Shown here: in pieces, positions 31,087-42,550 of the stretch
Layout: each line of letters begins with the position of its first letter
Position numbering within the stretch: position 1 is the stretch's first letter
NCBI RefSeq assembly: GCF_009914755.1
Contig: NC_060935.1
Direction: 5' to 3' (one strand)
DNA length: 64,000 bases
From: the human T2T-CHM13v2.0 reference genome, Homo sapiens
Notes under the pieces: generated by a model
What the model was told of the DNA's origin: nothing
Seen by the model: only the letters and a program-made list of their open reading frames with translations
The model's database searches: none
Program-made: the position numbers and the translations under genes

Positions 31087-33520
31087 TGTGAAAGCAAAAT
31101 ATCTTGGTGCCCCCAAATCACTAAGCTAAAGAGAAAAGTCAAGCTGGGAACTGTTTAGGGCAAACCTGCTTCCCATTCTATTCAAAGTCACCCCTCTGCT
31201 CACTGAGATAAATGCATATCTTATTGCCTCCTTTGGAGAGGCAAAACAAGCAAACATATAACTTACATGATTACTGAGCACTCTAATGGTAAGAAGAAAT
31301 TAAGACCGGCTGGTTGTTAATTTTAACTTTAGCCAAGACAAATCCCAATTCAGCTACTTACTTAGGGATGGGTCTCAGGCTGAAGACTGCTCTCTACCAT
31401 CTTAGGAACAGGAAAAAAAAAATTCATCTTCTCTGTTGAAAATGAGCTCAAACTCCATAAAGATGGAAGTTTACCTACCTTTCATCATCATGGAAGTAGG
31501 AAAAACTTGTCTTCCTTGTGTTGGAAGCAAGTAAAACTCCCCCAAAAAAGGGAATTGTACCACAAAGTTAACTTTAGATCTTGACCAAATTTTGGGAGAT
31601 CAGGGACTCTCTGGAGGGGGTGCTTCCAGGCCTCAGCAAATTGTCCTATTGGTTTGAGCCATAAAGATAGCTCAAACTAGTACCAAGCACCAATATATTT
31701 GTCAAAGGTCAGGGGCACCTCCACTCAGAATCCCTTTGTGGTTACCAGCATGTGAACCCCCCAAATCTGAGACAGGTTTTGGTAAATTTGGAAAGTTTAT
31801 TTTGCCATGGTTAAGGATGTGTGCCCATGACACAGCCTCAGGGGGTCCTGATGACATGTGCTAAAAGCTAACATCCAAGATGCGTGTGTGTTTAAAGGCC
31901 TTTGTGTTTTTATTTTTTTTTCTCTCCTAGGACCTTAAGCAAAAGTTTGTTTTTTCTCAGTTGGCTGCATTCTGTTTTCTTCATTTACTTCTGCTGTCTC
32001 TCCTTTCTCTTGCACCCTCTGCTGCATGATGGACCTAAACTAGTTTATAAAAGACTGGGGTTTCTTAAAGAAAATGGAGAAGGTGCCAAACTCCCTTTGG
32101 GAAAGAAACCTGTTTTTCCTTATGGAACCCAAAGAGTATAAGCAGACAAGTGTGTCTCAGCTTTTAAACTGTTTCCTTTTGTATTGTGTTACCTGATCTA
32201 CTGAATAAAATAGTTATTGCAACAGAGGCTACTCTTGGGTTCTTAAAGAAGAGTGCGGTTTAGACACTTAGAAATGTCTTTGTTTTAAGAAAGATTTTTT
32301 CTAAGTCCACTGTAAAAACATCACATGGTCTAGCTTCATAATAATTCTTCCTTTTTGGAAACCCCGGATTCAGTGTGGGCTCTCCCCAGAGCTCAGAGAT
32401 CCAGTTAAAAGACAGGTAGTCCCTATCTAAATAAAATTGGTCTCCTTATACAATCCTGATAGGTATTTATAATTTTATGTTTGATTTGGCATCCATCTTT
32501 AATCTTCCTCTAGCATACCAGAATTTTTCTCTCCATACCTTATGATGTAAATTTTGCTATTTGATTTTCACCAGAGTTGTTTTCTTTAATGTGCAAATTT
32601 AAAGCTATTTAGCTGACACTTGCCTAGGGTTATGAAATAGGTTATCAAGTATCTGAAAGTCTAAGATAGGGGAAAAAAAGGTTTTTATACATCTTTAAGA
32701 TGTACTTCTATCAGCATATCTAATATGTCTATGTATTTATGTGTGGTGCACACAATGTCTCACTACTGAAAATATATAAAAGAGCTCTAATTAATTGGCT
32801 TAAAGAAAAATAAAAGCACTTAATTCAAATACTTTATCAGAAAAATGAAAGAATAGCCAAATGTTTTGTCAAGATTACATGACTTAAGTAAAATCTTTAA
32901 TAAATAAGCTAGCTTTAAAATTATTGGTAAAGTAATATTAGAAATGCCTTAAGAATTACCAGCATACATTTCTGTTTGCATTTATTGATCAAGCAATTTC
33001 ATACTTATCCCTGCCAAATACTATAAGGTGTCAAGATTTGGCATAGAGTTTACAAAATCCAAAAGACTTTAAACAGAAAAGGGGGGAAATGTGAAATGAA
33101 AATATTTTGGGGTCCCCAAATCACTAAGTTAAAGGGAAAAATCAAGCCGGGAACTTCTTAGGGCAGACCTGCCTCCCATTCTATTCAAAGTCACCCCTCT
33201 GCTCACTGAGATAAATACATACCTGATTGCCTCCTTTGGAGAGGTTAATCTGAAACTCCAAAGAATGCAACAATTTGACTCTTAACTACCTATGACCTGG
33301 AAGTCCCCTCCCCACTTCAAATTATCCTGCCTTTTCCAGACCGAACCAATATTAATTTTACATATGTTGATTGATGTTTTGTCTTTCTAAAGTGTATGAA
33401 ACCAACCTGTGCTCTGACCACCTTAGGCACATGTCATCAGGACCTCCTGAGTCTGTGTCACAGGTGCGCGTCCTCAGCCTTGGCAAAATAAACTTTCTAA
33501 ATTAACTGAGACCTGTCACA
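31087..33520 (+). mobile_element. MER4-type element #2, rearranged (partial 5' LTR, inverted 31243-31861, internal part, 3' LTR 33090-33520)
   Basis: LTR start TGTGAAAG; PPT AGAAAAGGGGGGAAA before 33090; homologous to elements #1 and #3; flanks AGGC/TTTC do not form a TSD. Confidence 0.85.
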
Positions 33521-33872
33521 TTTCTGTATTTTGATATTGGGGGTAGTTTCATGGGTATACATTATGAAAATAAGTAATTCAAAATCTAAGCTGTTGGAAT
33601 TCTAAACTATTTTGAGCCTTAAAGGAATGTGAATTTCAGGGCCTGAGTCACATGACAGGCAGCTATAACCTAGAAAGTTGTAAACCTTAGTATCTCTGAC
33701 TATACAGAATCTTTTTCCTTACCTGCATTATTTTGTAAAATGCTGCAAATGGCTAAAGGGCACCAGGGAAGACCCCTTCCCTCTCCACTGTTGACTTTTA
33801 TTATAGATTAACCTCTCTCTTACCTTTCACACAAATATTTCATGATTGTCACATTGCCTTAAAATGGAATGT

Positions 33873-34031
33873 TATTCAACTCCTGGGTGATGGGTTCAAT
33901 CAATTATACTTCAAATCTAGGCATCATGCAATATACTTTTGTAACAAACCTGCACATGTAACTCCTTAATCTAAAATAAAAGTTAAAAAAAGAGGCACAC
34001 CCGCAAAATCATTCATTAAAACTTGGGGGAA
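33873..34031 (+). mobile_element. 5'-truncated L1PA/PB 3' end with extra tail
   Basis: GTAACAAACCTGCACATGTA...AAATAAAAGTT-A(n); 12-bp TSD AA(A/G)ATGGAATGT; TT/AAAA endonuclease site. Confidence 0.8.
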
Positions 34032-34069
34032 AAGATGGAATGTGAAATGTGCTTTTTTTCATTGGAAAG

Positions 34070-34451
34070 TGCAAGGCTCTTATATTGGTTCAAACCCAGA
34101 GAACACGCCAACAAACACAAGGCGGTGTGGAGCAACATGCTGTTTTAATGAGCACCCGGGTGCAGACAGGCTGAGGCCTAAAATGGCATCAGCCCCCAAA
34201 GTGAGGATGGGGCAGGGGTTTTATAGTCTCCTGTAAACAGGAAGTGTCCCAATCTGATGTAACTGCTATGTGGTACCCAGATGGCCTCTCTCTCTTGATC
34301 TCCAGAGGGAACGTGTCTTCCAGCCAGCTCTCTTCCTGCTTCTGCTATCTTGCTGACACACGCTGCAGGCACAAGGCCACTTGGGACTAGGCCTGAGGAG
34401 GGAGGAGTTATTCAGCCTCCCAAGCTTTCAGGCCCCCAGGAGAATCTTTCC
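34070..34451 (-). promoter_or_regulatory. 3' LTR of the HERVH48 provirus
   Basis: About 85-90% identical by eye to the 5' LTR; many differences are CpG transitions; terminal TG is mutated. Confidence 0.88.
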
Positions 34452-34519
34452 TTCCTGTGTGTTTGGTTATAGAAAAGGGAAAAGGGATGACTTTCTCAAT
34501 GGCACCTCGAAAAAAAGAA

Positions 34520-35812
34520 AAATATAATTTTTGGGGTATTCTTGAGAGACGGGTTGGTATCCATCGTGTCATTTGTAGCAGGAGCATCGTCTGTATTGTC
34601 TGGTGGTTAACTGTAGTTTCAACAAGAGTTTTAATGGCTTTTGTCATCAGTGGGATAATACAGCAGAGAAACAGGAGAAACCCAATGGTGAAGATTCCTG
34701 TCCCTACCAGAGTTTTAAATCCTCCTCAATTAGAGAGCCACGCCCTAGAAGGTTCGTTGGGTCTCATCCCTTCCAGATTTGGACTGGTACATGGCTTACT
34801 TTTCTGATGTTTGAAGTGATCTCTAGAACTGCTTTTTTGTTATTGTCTGTGTTAAGACAACAATTAGAGATATTAAACTTACCACAGACCCCACCCTCTT
34901 CTGCTAATAAGTAGTCTAGTGCTAGCATGTTTTGATAAATTGCCACATGCATTTGGTTTTGTTGTTGCGCGAGCATTTCCAGAGCTGAGGCGGTTTGGTT
35001 AGTGATTATCTCTAGAACAGCCTATAGTCTAATTATTCTATTTAGCATATATATAGGAGTGCAATAACCCCATGAACCATCCTCAGCCCAAGTGGCAGGG
35101 CTGTAATATTCAATGATCCATTGTGGAAGCCATTTGTCCTCTTGCCATCTTTGGCTTCCTTCTACCTTTAAGGATCATTTTTCTCTGTTTAGGTTATCAT
35201 ATACATGGACTCCAAGGGTGTTGCCCACCTGCTTTGGAAGTAAAAAGAATCCAGGTTTAATTGTGCATAGGAAACAAGTACTTTGCCAGTGATAAGGTAG
35301 TCATGAGTAAGCCTGGGTTCCACACATCCAAAAGAATCCATCAGGGGCAATCCATTGTAGGCTAGTGTTCATAGGATTGTCCCATAGTGCACTTAGGTGG
35401 GGGTATGTGGCATAAGGGTTAGTGGTGTTTGTACAGTACCAGGCCTTTTTGGACAAGACACAATCGAGGTAGCTTAAGTTAGAAGAAGACCAGGCTCTGT
35501 GGGGTAACGTTGGCCACCACTCTGCTGTGGAGGCATTGACTGTTAGGGTTTGGTGACAGGGGCTTTCACCTGTGGTGCGATGGGTTTCATCAGTCCGCTT
35601 GTGGGATATGCACACTGTCCTTCTTACTGGGTTGGTAAATGTCCAGGACTGCGGGCGTTCCTGAGGAGTGAAAGTGAGGCTGGGGTTTTGGGATGTTAGT
35701 AAGTAAGGGGGAAAGTCTATCCCATACCACGGCCACTGTTAACTCATATGAGCTCCCCCACATACCCAGCAATTGAACACATTCATGGTAAGCACGATGC
35801 ATTCTCCTAGAT
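34520..35812 (-). pseudogene. Remainder of env (SU C-terminal part and TM), disrupted
   Basis: CWVC (CxxC) motif near 35765; furin site NREK[R->stop] near 35175; immunosuppressive domain and CX6CC: [27 protein letters not shown]. Confidence 0.88.
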
Positions 35813-36304
35813 CTACAAACAGGTTTTTTCCTGGCTTGGGAAGGGAAATACCATGGGTGATTTGGGGGGAAGGAGTTGTTGGTTTTGGCTTTTGCTTTGG
35901 CTGTAATCTGTTCTCTTTATGTCCTCTAGCACTTGATTGTTTACTCCCCATTTTTGTCCAATTTTGGTGAAGCAAAGCCACTGCTTACCTTTTGGACATA
36001 TAGCCCCATCACAGCTGCCAGATACTCCTAGATTTTTTACTTTATAATAACTTTTCCCTGATTCAACACATTCCTCGATTAAGGTTCCATAACAGGATTT
36101 TTCTATACGAGTATGGTAAATAAAGGACTGTTGCATTTTTCTTCTGTAGTGGAAAGACTGATAACACTCACGGCAGCTCAGAGGGGCTGCTGTGGACAGC
36201 AGGGCAGCTACTGACAATATTAGCATTGTGGTGAGGGATATTCCTGTATTAAGACTTTTGGTTGTAAGTGAGGTACAGCAGGCAGTTGGGTAGATACAGG
36301 CCAT
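35813..36304 (-). CDS. Intact 163-aa suppressyn-like (ERVH48-1 paralogue) env N-terminal ORF; expression unknown
   Basis: MACIYPT...hydrophobic signal LILSVAALLSTAAP...CRECYQS...IEECVESGKSYYKVKNLGV...KQWLCFTKIGQ...VLEDIKR closely matches suppressyn as recalled; strong Kozak gaaATGG; frameshift at ~35911 adds a 32-aa novel tail. Confidence 0.6.
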   Translation of the reverse strand: MACIYPTACCTSLTTKSLNTGISLTTMLILSVAALLSTAAPLSCRECYQSFHYRRKMQQSFIYHTRIEKSCYGTLIEECVESGKSYYKVKNLGVSGSCDGAICPKGKQWLCFTKIGQKWGVNNQVLEDIKRTDYSQSKSQNQQLLPPKSPMVFPFPSQEKTCL

Positions 36305-36399
36305 TTCTAAAAGCAGGTGGTTAGTCTTCCCTGTGTTTTGGTTCTAAGAAAAATTTTTTTTGGTTAATTTAAGCTTGGTAGAAGAAATTGGCCTAGACA

Positions 36400-39300
36400 A
36401 ACACTTAGCTGTTAATGTTTCAGAGGAAGAAGTAGCCTTGGGGGTGAGTTTGACCCTGGTGCGATGGATCCAGTCGGGGAGTCCTTGGACTCTCACTGCA
36501 GTTGGCATGCTGAGTAGCACAGTGTAGGGGCCTGTCCACTTCGGTTGTAGTTTTTTGTGGGGTCAGGTTGGCAGATAAACACATCTGTGCCTGCAAGACA
36601 GTTGAGAGGACAAGGAGGTGTCAATAGGGAGAGGCATGGCCTCATTTGCTGCTTCACGAATGAAAGACCATGTCTGGATTAAGGATGGGAGGTAATTCCT
36701 GAGTGGCTCAGAATCTGGTAAGGGTGGAGGCCCTAAGACAAAAGTTCATCCATACACCATTTCAAAGTGACTATAAAAAGAGGGTGCCTTTGTTGTTGCG
36801 CAGAGTCTCATGACGGCAAAAGGGAGATTTTTTGTCCATGACTGGTGGGTTACTAGAGCCAGCTTGGTGAGTTGGGCTTTAAGGACAGAGCTGACTTTTT
36901 CAACTTTGCCTGAAGATTGAGGCTTGTAGGGTGTGTGGAAAACCCATTTTATTCCCAAGGATGTAGAGATGCCTTGGGTAATTTGGCTGTTAAACGCAGG
37001 CCTGTTATCAGACTGGATGGATGTTGGGAGTCCAAAATGGGGAATTATATACATGATGAGAGTTTGTGTGATGACATTTGCAGCTTCTGAAGTTGTTGGG
37101 AACACTTCTACCCACCCGGAGACTACCCTCTCAGACAAAAACTAGAAGATAGGGGAGCTATTTATCGGGTGGCATGTGAGTGAAGTCTACTTGCCAATCT
37201 TGCCCAGGTACCTGGCCTTGGGCTTGGTGGGTAGGAAGAGGCGGTGGCTGGAGGGAACCCTGGGGTGACATTGAGTGGCAGATAGAGCAGGATTGGGTAA
37301 TTTCTCGAACATGGCTGGAAAGGTGAGGACAAGTGAAAATGGGTGGAGAAGTTGCAAGAGAGGTTTGTAATCGACATGGAAAGAGTTGTGAAAGCTTTGG
37401 AGGATAGGGATTGTTTGAGAATGAGGAAGAACGAAGCACCCTTCCTTGACATACCATGGTCCTTGCTTTTGAAGGTTTTGGGCTTGAAGTCCTCCTTTTC
37501 TTCTGAGGAGTAAAGAGGAGAGAACAAAGACAGGGACGGAAACTGGCCTTGCACAGGTTGCAGGGCTACTTGTTTGGCTACCTGATCTGCTAGAGCATTT
37601 CCAGCCGATATAGGATTGTCTGGGGCTTGGTGGCCCCTGCAATGAATGATGGCAACTTTCTGTGGCAGTCTGGCAGCTTGAAGGAGCTTGCTGATGAGAG
37701 AGCCATTTATGACAGGGGTGTTTTTTGCAGTTACGAAACCCTGTTCTTTCCAGATGGATGAGTGTGAGTGCACTATGTGGAACGCATAACGAGAATCTGA
37801 ATATATGTTAATTTGTTGTCCGGCTGCTAGAGTGAGTGCTCAAGTGAGGGTGATGAGTTCAGCTTTTTGGGAGGTGGTTCCTAGGGGGAGCGGATTGGCT
37901 TCAATAGTGTGTGTGTGGGGTGACACTATAGCATAGCCAGCATGTCAGCGTCCTTGATGTAGGAAGGAGCTGCCATCTACAAACCAAGTAAATGAGGCAT
38001 TTGGAAGGGGTTAGTCTTTTAGGTTTGGAAAAGGTATAAGAAAGGTTTGAACAGTGTCTACATAGAAGTGTGCAGGGTCTTGGGAGGTAATAGCTTCAAG
38101 TAAGAGCATGGCTGGGTTTAAACAGGAGCTGGTTAGCATGGTGATTTGGGGAGTTTCTATGAATAAAGCATACAGTTGGAGGAGCAGTGAGGCAGAGATG
38201 AGACTTAGTACACTGCGGTGAGCTAGCATGTCTTTGATGTTATGGGTTGAATAAACTGTTAGGTTGGCATGAAGAGATAGTTTTAGGCTTTCAAGGGTGA
38301 AGACAGCAGCTGCCACCAGCACTTGGAGGCAGGCAGGCCATCTGAGAACTGTGGTTTCAAGCTGTTTGGAGAGGTAGGCAATAACCTGGAGGGTGGGTCC
38401 TTTGGACTGGGTTAGAACACCTAGTGCAACTCCATGCCATTTGTCGGTACACAGGGAGAAAGTTTTGGTGAGGTCTGGGAGGGTGAGGATGGGGGCTGAG
38501 ATGAGAGCCTTTTGGAGTAGACAGAAATGTTGGGTAATAGGCTGTGCTGGTTTTAAAGGCTCATGGAGAGGGCCTTTAGCAGCTTGGTATAAAGGTTTGG
38601 CAAGTAGAGCGAAGGAGGGAACCCAGAGCCTAAAATGTCCCACTAGTCCTAGAAAAGAGAGAATTTCTTGCTTAGTTTGTGGAGGTGGGAGGGACTGGAG
38701 GAGGGATATGTGGTCGGTTGTGAGCCCTCGGGTTTGCAGGGTAAGGGCTAGGCCTAGGTAGGTGACTGAGGGGGTGCATATTTTTGCTTTTTAAGGGGAG
38801 ATCTGATGCCTCTGCTCTGTCAGGAAGTTTAAAAGAGAGATAGTATGGGCATTCCAGTCTTTTTGAGAGGGGCTACACAGGAGCAGATCATCAACATAGC
38901 GAAGGAGAATGGATGGTTTTAGGGATAAGGTACAGAGGTCACAAGCAAGGGCATGTCCAAAAAGGTGGGGTTGTCTCTAAAACCTTGAGGTAGTACACAC
39001 CAGGTGAGCTGATGTGAAAGGTGAGTGTTGGGGTCTTCCCATGTAAAGGCAAAGAGGTCTTGAGAATCAGGGTGCAAAGGAATAGTGAAAAAAGCATCCT
39101 TTAGGTCTAGGACAGAAAAATGGGTGGTATTGGAGGGAATTGCAGAAAGTAAAGTGTATGGGTTAGGAACTACTGGACATACTGGGAGTACAGCTTGGTT
39201 AATGAGCCTGAGGTCCTAGACTAAGCAACAAGTTCCATCTGGCTTAACAGGTAGAAATGGTGTGTTAAAAGAGGAGTTTGTTGGATGGAGTAGGTGACTG

Positions 39301-39894
39301 GTGAGGAGGCAAGAAATGATAGGCTTTAGGCCTATAAGAGTTGCTTGGGGGATTGGATACTGCTTCTGTGATAGGAACTGGGTGGGGTTTTTAAGGGTAA
39401 TGTGGACAGGGGTGTGGTGTTTCATGACTGAGGGTGTGGAAGTATCCAAAACAGCAGGGTTAACTATGGATGGGGGATTAGGAAAGGCTGCATGTTTTAG
39501 GGTGGGAGGTTGGAGGAGTAGAAGAAAGCTAGAAGCACTGGAGGGGTCTGGGTGGAGGTGTTGGTACCATGGGGAACATGGACATGGAGAGTAGTGTGGA
39601 GTTTTGAAAGGATGTCTCTGCCTAGGAGCAGAGTTGGGCATGAGAGCAGGACTAAGAAAGAATGAGTGAAGGAAAAGGTGTAAAGGGAGCAGAAGAGTGG
39701 AGGGGTGGCTCAGGGTTTGGAGACTTGTCTATCAATTCCCACAACAGAGACTTGGGAGGACTAGGTGGGTCCTGAAAATTAGGTAAAGCAGAGTAGCTTG
39801 CCTCGGTATCAATTAAAAAACATACTGGCCTACTTGCCACCATCAGGGTTACCCTTGGCTCAGATGAAGAGATAGTAGTTGCCAGGGTGTCCAA
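36400..39894 (-). pseudogene. pro-pol remnant (protease, RT, RNase H, integrase)
   Basis: FLIDTEASYS (DTG->DTE); RYVDDLLL at ~38880-38902; FVDGSS near 37975; WQVDFTHMP; SIQSDNRPAF...YKPQSSGKVEK; fragmented into many short ORFs. Confidence 0.9.
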
Positions 39895-39899
39895 TCCAG

Positions 39900-41743
39900 G
39901 GCATCATCAGTATTCAGTGGCAAGGCCAATGAGATCCAAGTAGGAGGTTTTGGCTGGCTCAGGAAGGGATGGGGGTAGTCCTTCCAGAGGCCACTCACAG
40001 TCTGACTTCCAGTGGGGTCCTCCACAGAAGGGGCATGGCCTGATGTGCTTACCTGTGTTTGGGCATTGTCTGGACCAGTGGCCTTCATTGCCATACTTGA
40101 AACAGGTGCCAGGTGGAGGTGGATTACTAGGAGGCGTCCATGTGGAGCTGTGGCCCTGTGGGTGTGCAGGGCCATGATTGCAGAGGCCAGCATTTGAAAT
40201 TCTGCCTGTTTTTGCCTTTTATCTTCCTCATCACGATTGTTAAAGACTTTGAAGGCTAAATTAAGAAGGTCTTATTGTGGGGTTTGAGGGCCGTCGTCAA
40301 GCTTCTGAAGCTTGTGCTGGATATCAGGGGTGGATTGAGAGATGAACCGAAGGTTTAAAATAGTGGTTCCTTCTGGGCTGGCTGGGTCTAGGTTGGTATG
40401 TTTTCTCATGGCTTCAGTTAAACAAGAGAGGAAAAGGGCTGGGCTTTCATCAGGACCGTAGGTGATTTCTGAAAGTTTTTCATAGTTTACCGCTTTATGG
40501 GCACCCTTTTTGAGTCCTGCAAGGAGACACACAGTCATGTTGTCTCGATGGTGGTGCCCAGGGGCCCCATCTTGATAATCCCAATGGGGGTCCTGGTTGC
40601 AGACTGCCTCTATGCCAGTAGGCTGGGTAGGAGCCTGGTGATGAATTTTATCAGCATGCACCTGAGCTAGGGTCCAGATACAGTCCTGGTCTTCTGGGGT
40701 GAGGGTGGAAGAGAGGATAATGTAGAGGTCATGCCAAATTAGTTCATAAGAGTGGGTGAGGTACTGAAACTCTAATATAAGAGGTAGGGTCTTCTGGAAA
40801 TGAACTGAGTCTTTTGTTAATTTGAGAGAGATCAGTGAGGGAGAATGGAACATGAACTCTAATAATACCTTCAGTTCCTGCTACTTCCTGAAGGGGGCAC
40901 TCTAGCACATGTGCTGAAGTAAGGGTGGGGCATGGGCCAAAGATGGCACCTGAGCGAGTGTGGGTGGGAGAAAAGGAAGAACCTGGAAGTGGTTCCTGTT
41001 GAGGGTTTGAAGGGGAAGGGGGGTTGAGTTAATAGGCAGTGGAGGATAGATAGGGGCATAAGGTGGTGGGATGCGTTTATAGGCCTCAGGAGAGGGTGGT
41101 GGGGGAGGAGAATGGGTACAGGCAGTGCTAGAATTGTTCTGAGGAGAGGATGGTGTAGGAAGAGAAGTGCATACTCCTGGAGGGGGTGCTGGCTGGGAAG
41201 ATGATGGCTGGGAAGGTGGTGACTGATAAGATGGCAGCTGGGAAGATGGCGGCTGGGAAGATGGCAGCTGGGAAGACAAAGAGAAGGCTTGGGGGGTTAA
41301 AGAAGATGGTTGAGAGGGAGAGGTAGGGGCTGGGAGGGGTGGACAGCAGTCTGCTGGATCGAACAAGGAAAAAGGGGTAGGGTCAGGAGGAGAAGGCAAT
41401 CAGGGTGGTGAGAATGGAGGAGCAGGATTTGAACAGGTGAGCAAGAATTGCAGAGGTTTGGTTGTGATCTGAGTGCGAAAAAGGCCTGGACATAAGGAAT
41501 TTCTCCCCATTTTTCCAGTCGTTGGCAATAATTGCTTAAGTCAGTTAAAACTGTAAAGTCGAATGTTCCATTTGCGGGCCATTTGGACCCATTATCCAAT
41601 TCGTACTGTGGCCAGACTGAATTGCAAAAAAAAGACAAGATGCTTAGGGTGGATACCTTGCCTGAGGCCTAAGGTTTGCAGGGTTTTTTTATGATACAGC
41701 CTAGCAGGCTGTCCTTTGGAATGGAAGACAGGGAATTTCCCAT
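39900..41743 (-). pseudogene. gag remnant (MA, Pro-rich region with PPPY late domain, CA, NC)
   Basis: MGNS start at 41743; FCNSVWPQYELDNGSKWPANGTFDF; RIPPPYAPIY; CA fragment 40272-40853; zinc knuckle CFKYGNEGHWSRQC with Cys->Tyr; broken by frameshifts and stops. Confidence 0.88.
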
Positions 41744-42141
41744 AACGGAGGGTAGGCTTGGGAGAACAGGGAAAAGGAGACTGTCCTGGATGGCCAGAGG
41801 GAGATGATAAAAGGAGCAGTCATCACCGCTGCCTTTTTTGTTCCCAGAATGGGATCAAATGGCTTGGAGGTGTCCCCCTAAGACCAGATTATCAGCAAGT
41901 GCCTGGCACATGCTGGAACCTTCTTGGACCAACGTTGGATTTTTGTACTGGAGAAACCAAGAGAGGCTATGCAGGTTTCTGTTAACCAGGCTCGCAGGAT
42001 ACTTACCAGTAGGCAATATCAGTGACCGATGTGCGTGCACAGAGAGGCGACTGGAGGCTGAGGACCTTCCTTTGTCCAACTGCTGTGGCCTGCTCTCCAG
42101 GGTGGAGGAGTAGGTCCACAGGGGATGTGGACTGGAGCCCG

Positions 42142-42159
42142 TCCCAGGTTTTGGCAACA
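42142..42159 (-). other. Primer binding site for tRNA-Phe
   Basis: TGTTGCCAAAACCTGGGA vs TGGTGCCGAAACCCGGGA (15/18; two mismatches are CpG decay), 2 nt after the LTR end. Confidence 0.85.
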
Positions 42160-42161
42160 GA

Positions 42162-42550
42162 TGCAAAGCTCTTGTATTGGTTCGAACCCCGAGAACATGC
42201 CAACAAACAACACAAGGCATTGTGGAGCAACACGCTGTTTTAATGAGCACCTGGGTGCAGATGGGCTGAGGCCTAAAATGGTGTCAGCCCCAAGTGAGGA
42301 TGAGGCAGGCGTTTTATATTCTCCTGTAAACAGGAAGTGTCCTAGTCTGATGTAACTGCTACGTGGTACCCGGACAGCCTCTCTCTCTTGATCTCCAGGG
42401 GATCCATGCCTTCTGGCCATCTCTCTTCCTGCTTCTGCTATCTTTCTGATGCACGCTGCTGGTGCAAGTGGCCTTGTGCATTGGGACTGGGCCTGAGGAG
42501 GGAGGAATTATTCATCCCCCAGACTTTCAGGACCCAGGGAGAACCTTTCA
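42162..42550 (-). promoter_or_regulatory. 5' LTR of the HERVH48 provirus
   Basis: TG...CA termini on minus; TATAAAA near 42313-42319; ATTAAA near 42239-42244; aligns with 34070-34451. Confidence 0.88.

Larger units (their letters stand above)
34070..42550 (-). mobile_element. Full-length defective ERV1 provirus, HERV-Fb/HERVH48 family (MER48 LTRs)
   Basis: Two ~385-bp LTRs (42162-42550, 34070-34451); 5-bp TSD GAAAG (34065-34069, 42551-42555); PBS-Phe; gag-pro-pol-env remnants in order; env resembles suppressyn. Confidence 0.92.

Noticed and set aside
35813-36304. Calling this ORF ERVH48-1 itself
   Set aside because: It differs from recalled suppressyn at many residues and in the C-terminus, and it lies next to VSTM5 rather than at the chr21 locus
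38011-40853. 210-aa RT and 193-aa capsid ORFs as functional proteins
   Set aside because: Internal fragments between frameshifts without native starts; protease DTG and the NC zinc knuckle are mutated
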